From Corythoichthys intestinalis (taxonomy: Eukaryota): 64,000 nt of DNA. Where the stretch lies: NCBI RefSeq assembly GCF_030265065.1, contig NC_080410.1, forward strand, positions 29,826,661-29,890,660, written 5' to 3'. The notes beneath the pieces were generated by a model that saw only the letters and a list, made by a program, of their open reading frames with translations, had not been told where the DNA came from and did not search any database. Both the position numbers and the translations under genes were made by a program. Shown piece after piece: positions 25,698-39,240 of this stretch; position 1 is the first letter of the stretch, and each line of letters opens with the position of its first letter.

Positions 25698-28669
25698 GAA
25701 TAAATGTTTATTTGAACCACATTTACAATATTGTCATGTCATAGGGTGCGACACGTTTCCAACTTATCTAACACATCACTCTTCCAGCATCTTTTCAGTT
25801 GTTTTGTGTGTCACAAATGATCTTTTCTTTGATCCAAAGTCCAAACACCTCAAACTGATTCGTCTGTCCATAACACTTTTTTTCCAATCTTCCTCTGTCC
25901 AATGTCTGTGTTCTTCTGCCTGTATTGATTGTTTCCTTTTGTTATCCAGTCACAGATAAAGCTTTTTCCTTTGCCACGCTGCCCTGAAAACCAGCATCCC
26001 GGAGTCGTCTCTTCACTGTCGACATAGACACTGGCGTTTCACGGGTACTATTTAATTAAGCTGCTAGATGAGACCTGCGAAGCATCCATTTCTCAAACTA
26101 GAGACTCTTATGTACTGGTCTTCTTGCTCCCGCTTCTTTTTCTACTATGGTTAGATCTTGTTTGTGCTGCTCTCTGAAGGAAGTGGTACACAGCGTTATA
26201 GGAAATCTTCAATTTCTCTTATGGAATAGCCTTCATTTCTAAGATCAGATTGTCGAGTTTCACGTGAAAGCTGTCTTTTTCTGGCAATTTTAAGAGTTTA
26301 ATCAAACCCACAAAGGTGATGCTCCAGATACCCAAGTAGCTCAAAAGAAGATCAGTTTTATAGCTTCTCTAACCACCTAAACTGTTTTAAGCTGTGCCAA
26401 CATAATTGCACAAGGTTTTCTAATCATCTATTATCCTTCTAAGGCAACTAGCAAGCACATTGTACCATGAGAACACAGGAGTGATGTTTGCTGTAAATAG
26501 GCCTCTTTACATAACTACGTAGATATTGCATTAAAATGGGTCATTTACCACATTAATAATGTATAGAGTGTTTTTCTGATTAGTTTAATGTTATTTCCAT
26601 AGGAAAAAAAACTTTCTTTCAAAAAGAAAAATTTCAAAGTGATCACAAACTTTTGAACGGTAGTGTATTACCAGAAGACAACAATTACATCACTGGGAAA
26701 AACGGAACGCTAAAGTGTACGAGCTTTGGCATCGTGTGCAGAGGACCACAGATCTGGAATAAACTTGATAAAACACTTAAAAATGGAGATGGAGTGTGAT
26801 ATTTTAAGAAAAAACTCAAAACACCTCCTTGCAATGTATGTTTAATATGCGGATTCTTTGAATAACATTAATAAGGCATCTTATATTAAATCCAAAGTAA
26901 CCAGAATGTCGAAATTTTCCAAAGTCAATTGTGCAGTAGGATGAAAAACTATCTGAACCTTTTGGAATTTCTCACATCTCTGCATAAAATCCCCATCAAA
27001 TATGATCTTCGTCAAAATCACACAGATTACCTGACGAAGCTGGCGATTTATTTGGCGATTTTACAATAATAATAATTGTCACCTTAACTTAAACTTATTA
27101 AGACTGGTGAACGGAGGAGGACCGCCAAGATCGTCGACATTCTACGGCCGTATTGTCAAGCCAGGTCACGAACGCGCACGTAAGCCTCAGCTTTTTCCAC
27201 CACCTGCACTGTCATTGTTGGAACCTATGTTGATTTCTCTCACAAGAAAATCTGCCGTGCGTCCATCTTGCAGGAAAACAAACTGCAGCGCTATCATATT
27301 TCGAGCATGTTGTCGGATGTCGACAAGATCGCGTGTCGAAGCCATCGTATGTCGAGGTACCACTGTAATTAAAATTGACTTGAACCAGTAGTCCCTTTTG
27401 TTACTTTCGGTACAACCCCCCAAAAAATTCTAGAGCTGAAACGAATACTCGAGCAACTTGAGTTTAAAAATTGATCCGAGTAATTTTATTCACCTCGAGA
27501 AATTGTTTAATTTTGCCAGCTCTAAGCATCATGTTTTGCCCGGACTACTTTTAATGCGGGACAACGCGCTGACGTCATGTGCGTAGCGGAAGAAGCAATA
27601 ATAAAATAAATAAACAAACAAACTTACTGCAGCCGACAGCCGCTACAACCTATGCCAACGTTACTAAAAACTACGCCCGCATGATGCTATTGTGGTAGCA
27701 GGTAGTGTCTGATGCGTCTCATATCACATGCATTTAGGACTAGATGAGAAATGACAGACTCTGCCGCGTCTGGGCAGCGTTAGTAAACAGCCGCCATCTG
27801 TAAGCAGTAGACTTCTCATCGCTAATAAATATGTTACTGTCACTCGCTCACGTAACATTGGCCCCTCGGAAGGCTCGGTTTCTATTGATTATGACCACTG
27901 TCGATGCGTGGCTAACGTGTCTTACATACAGGCTAAATTTAATTTGTAAAAACACAGCGCTGTAGAGTGATGAGGGTGTAAAATTAAAACATGATAAAGC
28001 TAACTGTCAGTTTTAGCTCAGTAGTCACTGCTGAATAAAACACCAAGTAGCATTACTCCCTAATGTGCTCCAATACAGCAGGTATCATACATTTATTTTG
28101 AAAACTGCAAAAACTCAAAATCCTATCAGTACTGACAGTTTAGACCAACTTAAAACTTAACTAGAACTTAAAAATAGAATGGAAATTCAATTGAAACACG
28201 TGGGACAGAACAGCTTTCAAGTGATGTGTGTTATCAAGCGTAATTACATTTTTAGGTAAGAAATATGTTGTTTTTTTATAAGATCTACAAGTTTTTTGAG
28301 TGAAAGCAGTGAAATTTTTTTTTCTAGTCACATCTGAGATGCAATTGTTAGCTGTTTTCAACAATGTACATCGAAAATAAAGACTGAAAATGGTTCAATG
28401 TTGGAATAAATGTCTTTTTTCTCATGTATATTTATAATTGCTCTACCTTAAAAAAAAAAAAAAAAAAAAGTTTTATCCGATTACTCGAATTTACAGTCGA
28501 TTACTAAAATATTCGATAGCTGCAGCCCTAAAAAAATTCTCTCCCAGTCAGGAGTTTCGAAATATATAACTATAACCTCGCTTTAGATGAAAAACATTTG
28601 TCAAAATGCAAGAAAAGAAAGCCATTTCCCAAATATGAATTCAAACTACTGTTTTTTGTGTGTGTCAAC

Positions 28670-28881
28670 CTGGCAGCGGCCTCCTGGGAGTTGGTGGTAA
28701 TCTCGATGGCGAGCTGGACGCTCTTCTGCAGGGCGTCGCGTGTGCGCTGGTCCACGGGTTCCACCGACTGGATGTCCACGCTGCTGATGATCAGCCGATT
28801 CTGATGGAAGCGAAGACTGGGCCGCACCGCCAGCTTCTCGTCAAAGCCGAACACGGCCGAGCAGATGATGCGGTTGGAGTT
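28670..28881 (-). CDS. mvp: major vault protein exon (CDS exon 10)
   Basis: Acceptor ccgcgggcag, then [70 protein letters not shown](R), donor gttgac. It matches human NSARIIRTAVFGFE...[42 protein letters not shown]. Confidence 0.85.
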
Positions 28882-29159
28882 CTGCCCGCGGAAAGCAGAA
28901 GTTATTTTTAATTATTTTTTACAATTGTCCATAGTTGTCAAGGAGAGTTAATTAGGCTAGGTTTATACCACAGTTCTGAATGCACAATTCCGATTTTTTG
29001 TCACATCTGTTATGTTGGCGTGCCCGTTCAGACTGCCTTTGTCCATTGAGCCCGTTCAAGTATCACGCATGCGCACTTATTCGCAGTCGAAGATTCGCTG
29101 TGAAAAACGGACCCGCCTACGCATCAAAACAAATGCCGGCTCAACATCATTCTAGGGCA

Positions 29160-30440
29160 GGGGTGTCCAAACTTTTTGCAAAGGGGGCCAGATTTGGTGT
29201 GGTAAAAATGTGGGGGATCGGCCTTGGCTGATGTCTAGTGCTGCAACAATTAATCGATTAACTCGAGTATTCGATTAGAAAAAGATTCAAATTAAATTTT
29301 GCTGCTTCGAGTATTTTTTTCATTTAAGTGGCGTTGTAATGGTATATTTTGAAAGTGTTTGCATTTAGTTTTATTGATTTGGGTGGTTACACTGCCTTCT
29401 AGTCTGCCTCATTTCACATGGCTGAATCCATGTGCTCCCTGTTAAGACCAACATAAGCTACGTTTTTGTTACAGCGAAGTTTTTTTTTTTTAATCCATTC
29501 GTTATTTAGTTTATAGGTATTTTTTAGCCTATTTTTGTGGGAATATGTGTTTGAAATATTTGTTAAGAGCATTGTAAAAAAAGTAAGCATATTGTAGTAT
29601 TTCAACTCGCGGACTTTTGCTATGTAAGTTAGCCAATTGTTCTTTTGTTGTTCAAATATCCTCAATAATTCATTTTTTATACCGTTTGAGGCTCAGCTCA
29701 GGTAATTTAATTTTTCATGTTCCTTATCCAATTACTCGATTATTCGAACTAATGGTTGATCGATTAATCGACTACTAAAATAATAGATAGCTACAGCCCT
29801 ACTGACGTCCTTTACATAGAATATATTTAAGCAAATTTTAGCTAGCCATTCTGTGTGTCACATTTGCTTTATTATTTTTTTTAATAATTTCAACAATCTC
29901 ACCACCAGACTGTCGTTCTCTTTCGACTTTCGGGCACTTGCGAAATACTGCTGCTGTGAAATTAAACTAACTTAAATTTCCTTATATTTCTCGCTGCGCA
30001 TCTTCCCTGTAATCTTGTCGTACATGTCAGCGTGTCTTGTTTGGTAATATCGCCTCACAGTGAACTCTTTAAAAACAGCGACTGTCTCTTTGCAAATGAG
30101 GCAGACAGTTGTTGCGTATTTTAGTGAAGAAATAGTCCAATTTCCACCTATCCTTGAAGCATCGGCCAACGCAGTCAACTTTCTCTTTTGTTGATTATCG
30201 CTATTTTAGAAAATTTCAAGTAAAGGGTCACACGGGGTAATGTTGCTTAGAGTGCTGCTGCCTTTTAGAGGGTAAATGAGAAGCAGCATTTAGTGTGTAA
30301 GCTACTTCATATGCTGGTAGTAGTACTGCTGACCAATTTATTAAGTCTGTGTGCGGGCCAGACGTTATTGATTTTATGACAGACGCTAGGGGCCGGATGA
30401 AATTTGACCACGGGCCGTATTTGGCCCCTGGGCCAGCCTT
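29160..30440 (-). mobile_element. hAT-Charlie-like element fragment with N-terminal zinc-finger ORF
   Basis: ORF 29972-30178 reads ISSLKYATTVCLICKETVAVFKEFTVRRYYQTRH, resembling the CVICxxxLxNxxMKPSKLKRHLxTKH finger of Charlie-type hAT transposases. An inverted copy lies at 55530-56230. The ends carry the ggccggatgaaatttgaccacgggccg repeat. Confidence 0.5.
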
Positions 30441-30796
30441 TGGACGTAACTGTTCAAGGGTGATTGTATTTTAAATAATCCCCGTTTAGTCTTATATTCG
30501 GACAGTTTGCCCAGACTCTCGCCCATGTAAGCAATCTTGAAATATTGCTCATTTGGAGCACAGAATACCCCCCCTCCCACCCATTAAAAAAAAAAAAAAA
30601 AACCTGGCAAGCTCGCCTCTACCCTAAAAGCCGCGTTCAAGCTGCTCACACTAATGCACAGCTCCATCGCTAACGTAGCGCCCAGTCTCTCTCGCTCTTT
30701 GCCGATGAAACTGCTGCGTGAATTCCGATTTGGGGTACTTGACAGTTCAGACCGCAGCCACATTCTGGAAAAATGTGGCCCAGATCAGGTTTTAAC

Positions 30797-31395
30797 TAGG
30801 GCTGTCAAAATTGTCGCGTTAACGGGCTATAATTAATTTTTTAAATTAATCAAGTTAAAATATTTGACGCATTTAACGCACATGCCCCGCTCAAACAGAT
30901 TAAAATGACAGCAAAGTGTCATTTCCACTTGTTACTTGTGTTTTGCCGCCCTCTGCTGGCGCTTGGGTACGACTGATTTTATGGGTTTCAGCACCATAAT
31001 TATTATTGACATCAACAATGGCGAGCTACTAGTTTATTTTTTGATTGGAAATTTTACAAACTTTATTAAAAAGAAAACTAAGGGGTTTTAATATAAATTT
31101 TCTATAACCTGTACTAACATTTATCTTTTAAGAACTACAAGTCTTTTCATCCGTGGATTCCTTTAATAGAAAAAATGTTAATGCAATCTTGTGGATTTAT
31201 TGTTACAATAAACAAATACAGTACTTATGTACGGTATGTTGAATGTATACATCAGTTGTGTCTTATCTTTCCATTCCAACAATAATTTACAGAAAAACAT
31301 GGCATATTTTATAGATGGTTTGAATTGCAATTAATTACGATTAATTAATTTTTAAGCTGTGATTAACTCGATTAAACATTTTAATCGTTTGAATT
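30797..31395 (+). mobile_element. hAT-MITE (TAGGGCTGTCAAA family) with degenerate 3' end
   Basis: The 5' end tagggctgtcaaaattgtcgcgttaacgggc is intact. The 3' end cgattaaacattttaatcgtttgaattttaagg is mutated. Confidence 0.6.
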
Positions 31396-31930
31396 TTAAG
31401 GCCACATACGAAAGATTTAGATTGGATTTTAAATGGTCCACTTTTATGTGACCCCGTCCCGTTCAGACAGTCAAGTTAATGCCTGACTAGAATTGGAAGA
31501 ACATGAAAAAAATTGGATTTGTGCATTAAGACTTGCGGTATGAACCTAGTCTTAGTTTATTGGACGTCAAACATGAGCACTGACAGTCAGTCCAGTCCCC
31601 CCTAATTGAAAATTAAATTAAATTAAAATTTGTGACAAATTTGCCATTCATCACATGTTCACCATTTTTAAAAAGCAGCAAATTCGCAATTAATAGCGAT
31701 TGCATTTTTTGAAAAGAATCACCTCGCAATTAATCGCCAACTGGTCACTTTTTAAAATAGTTAACCCACGATTAATCACAAATTTACTATGTGAACATCC
31801 GATTAATAGTAAATATGTCACTTTTTAAAATAGCCAACTCAGGATTTTTTAAATTTGGGATGACTGGCTGTGAATGATCAACTTTCAGTAGCAGCCAGTG
31901 AGTAGAAAAAAAAAAAAAAAAAAAGTCTAA

Positions 31931-32075
31931 CCTTGTGGAAGTCGTCAAACTGCACGGAGGCGACGGCGCCTCGAACCCGCGACGCAATAGCTTTGCACGC
32001 GTCGCCCACAAAGTCCGGCACTGAGAAGACGGCGGCCGCTTCAGCGGGGTCGGCGGGCGGCTTCACGTCAAAGTG
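31931..32075 (-). CDS. mvp: major vault protein exon (CDS exon 9)
   Basis: Acceptor ccctcag, then (W, split TG|G)[48 protein letters not shown], donor gttaga. It is nearly identical to human [32 protein letters not shown]. Confidence 0.85.
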
Positions 32076-32140
32076 CCTGAGGGCGACAAAGTTAGCGTCG
32101 GGGGATAAGAAAGGGGGTTGGTTATGCGCACGTGCACGTA

Positions 32141-32578
32141 CCAGTTGTAGGACAGCTGCAACTGCAGCCGTGCGTGGTCGGCAGTCTCGATAGTGATAAT
32201 GTCGGTGAAGAAGTCTGGTCCTAGCAGCAGGCAGATAGCCTTGATTTGGTTGCCCCGTTTGGGGCGTCCTCCAGACAGCGAGAGGACGGTGAATTGCTCG
32301 TCGGGTCCCAGCATGACCCGCTCGGGGCCAAAGACGACGCGCGCCCTCTTCTCGCGGTAGTCGTACACCTGCACGGCCGCGTTGTGCGGGACCCGGAAGG
32401 ACACCACCTGAGTCTTGTCCCGCACTTTGGGCGGGCCCTCCGGCTTCCTGTGGTCGGATCGGTCGGCAAGGGGGTCTCTGGGAGATGCCAGCAGGGCCTC
32501 CACATTGTCGGGGAGCTCCTTGGGCCACAGCTCCTCATCCTGAGTCAGCATGTACGTCTGGCCGATGATGGCGCGTAC
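32141..32578 (-). CDS. mvp: major vault protein exon (CDS exon 8, large)
   Basis: Acceptor tgctcgcag, then [31 protein letters not shown]...[52 protein letters not shown]...[29 protein letters not shown], then TG|gtacgt donor. Long identity runs with human MVP. Confidence 0.85.
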
Positions 32579-32840
32579 CTGCGAGCACGTCGGTGTCAAA
32601 TTGTAGCTTTTAGAACACTTTTGAAATGTTTTCAACCAATTTTGCAGTTTGTCGTTAGAAGGCAGACGTTTCCCAACTAGCTGCTGCTGGTTACCAGGCA
32701 GATGTTTCTCAATTAGTTACTGGGTGGATTTTTCCCAATTAGTTGCTGCTGGTTACCAGGCAGAGTTTGAGTGTTTTCCAACAAAAAATGGCTAAACGTG
32801 ATGATTTTTACATTTTGAAAGCTGAAGCAGCATTCGTTAC

Positions 32841-33059
32841 CTTCCCGCTCTTCATGTCCCTGACGTAGATTCCCTCGTTCTCGTCCAGCGGGATGGCCTG
32901 GCGCCGGAGGACCACCTCCACCTGGGAGGGGGGCACATACTCGGCAGGTCCTCGTAGCATCCAGCGGTCGCCGGGGCGACGGAAGACTGCGCCGGGAGGG
33001 CGACGTTTCCTGCGAGCCTCCTCCTCTTGCCCTTCCTCCTCGGGCTCCGCCTCCTCACG
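32841..33059 (-). CDS. mvp: major vault protein exon (CDS exon 7)
   Basis: Acceptor ctttctctttgccag, then [73 protein letters not shown], donor gtaacg. It matches human [44 protein letters not shown]. Confidence 0.85.
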
Positions 33060-33446
33060 CTGGCAAAGAGAAAGGGGGAGGGGCCGAAGGAGGGCGGAGA
33101 CCAGGGTTAGCGAGGCGATGGGTGGGGAAGGGGGGCGGGGATGCGGGAAAAAGAGGGAGGACTGATAAGGAGGGCGGTTGGCGGGAAGGCCATGTGACAT
33201 GCGGGAAAGGCGTGAAGGGGGAGGACACCTCAGACAGGATTTCACCCTCATTTCTATCCCACAAAGTGATTTATTTATTTATTTTTTTTAAAAAACAAAT
33301 TAAACCTCAAAAATTAAGTTCCCCAAAATACCTCCGAAGCTCGTTTACGCTTTTGTGGCAAAACAGCCGAAACGGCGTCCTATGAACACAACGCAGCTAC
33401 TTTTAGCACGGCTACTGCAAGCGTGGTCCCCGGGGGTGGAGCATAC

Positions 33447-33574
33447 CTCCTGGGTGTCGGTGAAGGCCTCCACGGCGCGCAGCACCAACCCCTCTTCTTC
33501 AGACAAAACATAGATGTCCTGAATTCCTCGCTCTAGGCGCTCACCAGGCTGCAGAAAGAACGAGCGCTCCCCCT
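33447..33574 (-). CDS. mvp: major vault protein exon (CDS exon 6)
   Basis: Acceptor ccaccag, then [42 protein letters not shown], donor gtatgc. It matches human [41 protein letters not shown]. The ORF-track frame implies 126 nt here while my reading of the printed text gives 128. Confidence 0.8.
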
Positions 33575-33801
33575 GGTGGAACAAAACAAAACAGTCGTCA
33601 CTGACTGCCAGGCTCCACTCAGTTCAAATGGATTGGAGACAGTCAACGGTAACTAGTAAGTTACAAGGAAAACAATCAAAACTTCCATTAAATTCATTCC
33701 AAAAACTCATACTAATGTTGAAAGAAATGACTCTTGGAATGTTAAAATATATAATTAAAAATGTAAAAATCTTAAAAAATAGAATTACAGTATATGATGG
33801 A

Positions 33802-35303
33802 CAGTGTTGGGCACGATACTTTAAAAAAAGTAATTAGTTATAGTTACTCACTACTTCTTCCAAGAAGTAACTGAATTAGTAACTGAATTACTCTATAATA
33901 AAAGTAACTAATTACCAGGGAAAGTAACTATTTGCGTTACTTTAAAAAGAAGTTGTTGTATGTCAAAGAATTTGAAATTTTCTGAGCAGTATTCGAGTCA
34001 GTTAAATAGAGAAGAACAGACAGGTAGTTGTGTTATAGAACCTTGTAATATTTATTGCACCTCACCAGCAACAGATTAATCCTACACTTGAAGTGCAGCA
34101 AAAATAAACAGATTTGAATTGCTTACCACAGATGTCGATAAAAGCTTTGCCTGGGATATAAATTACACTTTACATGCACGTTCTTTCCTTTAATTTTGAC
34201 CGACTTGAAATAGTGTTTATATCTCCACCTCGTAAAGGACAAATTTTCCTCTGAATGCTCTGCCATCATATCCCTCTGCATCTGTTTTGCGTGTGTGTGT
34301 GTGTGTGTGTGTGTGTACGCCGCACGCGCTGTTCCGGTTTGTGTGTGAAAACACCGGTGTTCGGCCATTCCTTACTACACAATGCTCAGCGCGCTTGCGC
34401 AAGCATGCGCACATCGGTTAGAAGCAGCGAGTACTCACTGTTTTTGTTTTTATTTAGTTTTTTAGAACCTTTTCACTGCCCCAAAGATACTTTTTGCATG
34501 TATTAACCTCTAACACTTTTAACCATTGTGTTTTTTTTGTGTTAGCTTTGAAGCAGTTGACCACATTAGTCACGTACCGAATTTAAACCATCCTTATTTG
34601 ATATAACTACATTTAAGTATTTTCTTCAGGCATTTTTTTAGTACGTTATGCCTGTATGCATCTAAACAAAACAAGTTTAGAGCGCACGGTAGTACTTTGG
34701 GTGTCAAATTCGACTAACAACGCAGCCATATTTGAAGCAGGTCTGGCTCGCGGGACATTAACTTGCCAGTTCGATAGAGAAACTCGTTATTAAGGCAAAG
34801 AACAGATACTGTATGTGATCAAACTTAAGGATGTGAACAATGTAGACCCTTACGAGCAAGCCGAAGACAAATTGAGTAAAGATGTCGACGGGCTTCCACA
34901 ATTACACGAAATGGACATTCTGCTGTATTTATTGTTTGCTGTATGTTACTAAACTCATCAGAGATTCTGAAATTACAAATCGCTACAAAGCTACAAACAG
35001 TTTTACTGCGGATGGGTGCAGCTGTACATTATGACCATATCAAACGACAACTCCATCGTTCTTGCAAAGGTAGGCTATGTGTGTTTACTATTTTCATTGC
35101 CATGAATCTAAACGCACCACAAGTCTTGAATGAGAAATAAACAGAGCAGAGTAGACTCGCTACGGCTTGTAGTTTCTTCAATTTATTCAAAGTAAGTAAC
35201 GCATCACTTTTACCGTCAGTAACTGTAACGGCGTTGTAACGGCAGAAAAAATTAGTTAGATTACCCAGTTACTGAAAAAATAACTGCGTTATTCCAAACA
35301 CTG
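33802..35303 (-). mobile_element. hAT-superfamily non-autonomous element with BED zinc-finger remnant (same family as 6129-7122, inverted)
   Basis: TIR CAGTGTTGGGCACG...CCAAACACTG. Perfect 8-bp TSD ATGATGGA at 33794-33801 and 35304-35311. ORF 34123-34368 (-) reads MAEHSEENLSFTRWRYKHYFKSVKIKGKNVHVKCNLYP. It contains the (GT)n run at 34282-34305. Confidence 0.8.
34282..34305. repeat. (GT)n microsatellite
   Basis: gtgtgtgtgtgtgtgtgtgtgtgt. Confidence 0.9.
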
Positions 35304-35459
35304 ATGATGGAAAGAAAAGTATGAATTATGTAGGAAGAGTAGCTGATGTGTTCGTCAGCTAATGGGGGATCCTATTAAAATACAAACACATTAAAACTAA
35401 ATTATATAAAACCTGATATTAAGATGTAAATACAGAAATAAAAATCGAAATAAATTAAT

Positions 35460-37446
35460 CATGGTTGCAGATCGTCAACACGTCTAATTACATGTGGCGT
35501 GCCCCAAGGCTCCGTCCTGGGACCGAAACTATTCATCCTATACATAAATGACTTGCATCAAGCTTCTAAACTATTAAAAATGGTACTTTTTGCGGATGAC
35601 ACCAACATCTTTTGTTCTGGAAAAGACCCTCAGAGTCTATCTAAACAAATAAATGCAGAATTAGCTAAACTGCAAAAATGGTTCGATGCAAATAAATTAT
35701 CTCTGAACCTCGAGAAAACTAAATACATTGTATTTGGAAGAAAAGGTCTGGATATGAACCTAAACATACAAATAAATAATGTGGTGATACAAAGAGTACA
35801 ACAACACAAAGTATTAGGCATAGTTATTGATCACCGCCTAACTTGGAAGCCGCATGTAGAGAAACTGCGAAACAAAATCGCTAGGAGCATCTCAATTCTC
35901 TATAGAGTACAAAACATGCTAGATACGAGGGCTCTCCAAACCCTATACTGCGCACTCGTTCTGCCGCACCTCAGTTACTGCCTAGAGATTTAGGGACGTA
36001 CTTATGAAACGCACCTTAACCCACTCTTCGTCCTTCAAAAGAAAGCCATCAGAATTATTCATGGAGCATCATATAGAGCACATACCAATGAACTCTTTAT
36101 CAAGTCCAAGCTACTAAAATTGCACGACCTGGTTAATTACAAAATAGCTCAAATGATGTATAAGGCCAGCACAAACAGTCTCCCGACTAACCTGCAAGTT
36201 TTATTCCAAATAAAAGAATCCTCCTATGATCTGAGAGTAAGCAGAATGTTTTCCTACCAGACCATTAGGACTACAATGAAATCTTTCTCGACTGTAAACA
36301 CTGGGGCTCGCCTGTGGAATACATGTGATGCAGCGCTAACGAATATTAATTCATTAAGTTACTTCAAAAAAATGTATAAACGAGATATAATAAACCAGTA
36401 CATTGGCCAAACTCAGCTGTAAAATGCACACACATCACAGATAAGATGTTCTCACAGCAAAGGATGCTTAAATGTCAGGGTCAAATAGATAAGACATAAC
36501 ATTCTTAGGACGTGCCCCTCAACAAAATCACATTACTGAACCTGCCATTGCAACGTTACGTACCGAGTTTCCTCTTGAGACAAAATGGAACTGGTAGACT
36601 GGGCACTGAGTTCGATGGATAGAATATTCTCTACGATGCAGCCTACATCGGCCCAACGCCCATGTCCAGCCACCACCTTCACGTCTGGTTATGTGGAGGA
36701 TGCCTGGGGTAAATGGAGGCCCGCTATGCCTAACGTCCCTCCAGATAGAGGACGCCGAGGACCTGTACATCTTCGGCTCGCTGAAGGCTCTTGCCTTCCT
36801 ATTGCTACTTGGTGCTCTCTGGGTTCGTCGCTTCTCGATGAGGATGAAGAACCAACTCCATGAGATACTGGAGGTTGCTCGTTGCAACGGCGACGAATTG
36901 GCACTGCTAATGAAGGAGCAAGCAACGCTAAGTGACGCCGCTGCACGACTGGCCACTAAAATTGATGCGGAGCTGCGTGATCATGAGAGACTCGCCCGGG
37001 CCAACCGGGCTAGGGATGATGATGACTAATCTCCTAAACCGGGCAAGGGATGATGATGAGAAATCTCCTACAGGGGATACTACACATGCGAGCCTCCATA
37101 GCACCCCAGGCCTTCCCACCCTTCACCTACTTGGACATGAGCTGATAAAATACACTCAAATTACCATATGCAAAATCTCCATGGCAATCAATGACTTTTG
37201 AAATGTGTTAGACTATGACTGGACTGATACATAACATGCTACTTGTGCGACCCAGGTGGAAGGGGGACGGGTTCCCGATAAGCTTCTGCTTTTCCCGTCT
37301 CCTTGTCTTGTCTGTCTTCATCTTGTCTTTCCTTTGGGTAAACAAATTCACGCTATGATATTGTCCATACTCTGAACCTGTTAATGATTTCTTGATATTT
37401 TTTTGTTTATGATGATCTTTTCTTTTTTTGATGATTTCTTTCTTTT

Positions 37447-37492
<46 letters not shown>

Positions 37493-37515
37493 CAATAAAT
37501 TCATTCATTCATAAA
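35460..37515 (+). mobile_element. non-LTR retrotransposon (L2/CR1-like LINE) 5'-truncated 3' fragment
   Basis: ORFs 35499-35993 and 36120-36422 carry reverse-transcriptase motifs PQGSVLGPKLFILYINDL and MVLFADDTNIFCSG (the FADD box). The 3' region ends in an (ATG)15 tail plus acaataaattcattcattcat at 37447-37515, as seen in L2-type tails. Confidence 0.7.
37447..37491. repeat. (ATG)15 microsatellite (LINE 3' tail)
   Basis: 15 consecutive atg units. Confidence 0.9.
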
Positions 37516-38709
37516 ATAAAAAATAATGTTAGTATTAATACATTTTATTTGAAGGTGCCTTTCTGGCACTCAAGGTCGCTGTACAATCATTTAAACATGT
37601 TAAAAGTGAGAAAATTAAAGTATAGAACGTTAAAGGCAATTTTGAAATACCAAAAGAGATATAAGGGCAGTAATAAGTATATACAGTATATTAAAAAAAA
37701 CAGACCAGAAACTAGTGATTATTATGGATCGGTAAGTCTGAACAAGTGGGTTTTGAGTTTGGATTGAAAAGGGGGTAGGGAACTAGATCATCCGTAATGG
37801 AACTACACGTTGAAATGAAAAGGTCATTGAAATGGAAATAAAAATATGAATACATAAAAGTTGAATAAAAACCAAATTTAAATGCGTTTTTAAGATATTA
37901 AAAGGCAAAAATAGTATTCTTAAAATATTTTAACCCCTCCAGATCCCCATTTTTTCTGCTGGGCAAAAAAAAAAAAAAATCTTTACAGAATTTTACTGTG
38001 CTCAAACACCAGAACAAATATGTTTTTGATAAGAAAATTGCACTTATGTCTTTTTGAAGTTGCATTTTGTCTCTGCCATTTTCAAAGAGCCAAAAATAGC
38101 AAAGAGGCTAAACCTCATGAATTGATTTCGAGGGGTAAAGTTCCGTCTAATCATCTCCCAGAGGGGGGAATAGCAACTAAATTCAGTCTATCTATTGGTG
38201 TAAAGATGCAATCGCGTCATGTTCTTCAGCAGCATGCTCAGGTCTGAAGGGGTCAAAAAGCTAATAAAACTCAAATCATTCATTTTAAATCAACTTAAAA
38301 TGTATTTTTTTATTCATTAGATTTTTCATGAAAAAAAATTATAATTCATGATTTTTTAACTCCTTCATTACCAAACATTTATAAACAATGCTATGACGTT
38401 CGACTGCTCATTTAGTAAAGAACAAAAAACAAACTTTTTTTTAATGATGAAAGATGGGAATCTAATCTTTTTTTGTTACATTCTGCATTCATGTAGCCAT
38501 AGAACAAAATATTCTGTGGCGCTTGAAAGAACGGGATGTCTTGTGACATGACATTTGGTAGTTAATGAGTTCATCAGATACTTGCAAACATTCTGCTTTT
38601 GTTTTTGAAAACCATGCTTAGGTCAGCGTATTCTTTGAGCACACTCAACATAAAAGGTCAGGAGGTGGAACAAGAATCGATCACTTACCTACTGCTTTCT
38701 GGGGCTCAC

Positions 38710-38946
38710 CTTAACAACTCTCTTCTGACCTAGCTGAGGTTTTCCGTCTGGGCCGACGGGGTCCAAGATGACGCAATACTGCCGCGAGTCCAGTGTGGTG
38801 ACATCCACCACGCCGACCACCTCCTCTGCCACCGCCGGCACGTGCGCCTCGCGCTCTGCCTGCGTCACCAGCCACTCTTCGCCCGTGCGACGCAAGTGAC
38901 CCCCCGCGTCGCGGAAAGGGCGCAGGGCGCGCACATGCAGCGCTTT
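38710..38946 (-). CDS. mvp: major vault protein exon (CDS exon 5)
   Basis: Acceptor ccttcctag, then [79 protein letters not shown], donor gtgagc. It matches human [79 protein letters not shown]. Confidence 0.85.
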
Positions 38947-39013
38947 CTAGGAAGGAACGGAGTTGCCATCAGTCGCTGCCGGGAACACTGTTTGACAAAG
39001 CGGGAGGCGTCAC

Positions 39014-39240
39014 CTTGTCGGTCAGGATGAACGCGTTGACAATGTCTATGACCTCCTCGTGGGCGCCAGGCAGGTATGCGCCCACCTTGCTCACTAGCCA
39101 CTCCTCGCCCGTCACACGCTGCACGCCCTCACGGTCCACGCCTTCTTTACGTGCGCGGAGGCGGATGGCCTGGTTGACGCCGATCACCGTGGCCTTCACC
39201 GTCTCCAGGACCGCCACCTCCTTCCTCGGAATGTACGTGC
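39014..39240 (-). CDS. mvp: major vault protein exon (CDS exon 4)
   Basis: Acceptor gtctcag, then (G)[75 protein letters not shown], donor gtgacg. It matches human [33 protein letters not shown]...[35 protein letters not shown]. Confidence 0.85.

Noticed and set aside
17256-33586. 1-2 nt disagreements between my reading of the printed sequence and the frames implied by the supplied ORF track (around 17270-17660, 31905-31923 A-run, 32141-32578, 33540-33542).
   Set aside because: I cannot tell whether these are my transcription or counting errors in homopolymer or GC-rich stretches, or real differences. They do not change any call, but exon and element coordinates should be treated as ±2 nt.
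36585-36956. 142-aa minus-strand ORF and overlapping plus-strand ORFs in the LINE 3' region.
   Set aside because: They overlap on opposite strands, are rich in Ala/Ser/Arg typical of GC-rich spurious frames, and have no domain similarity I can recognise.
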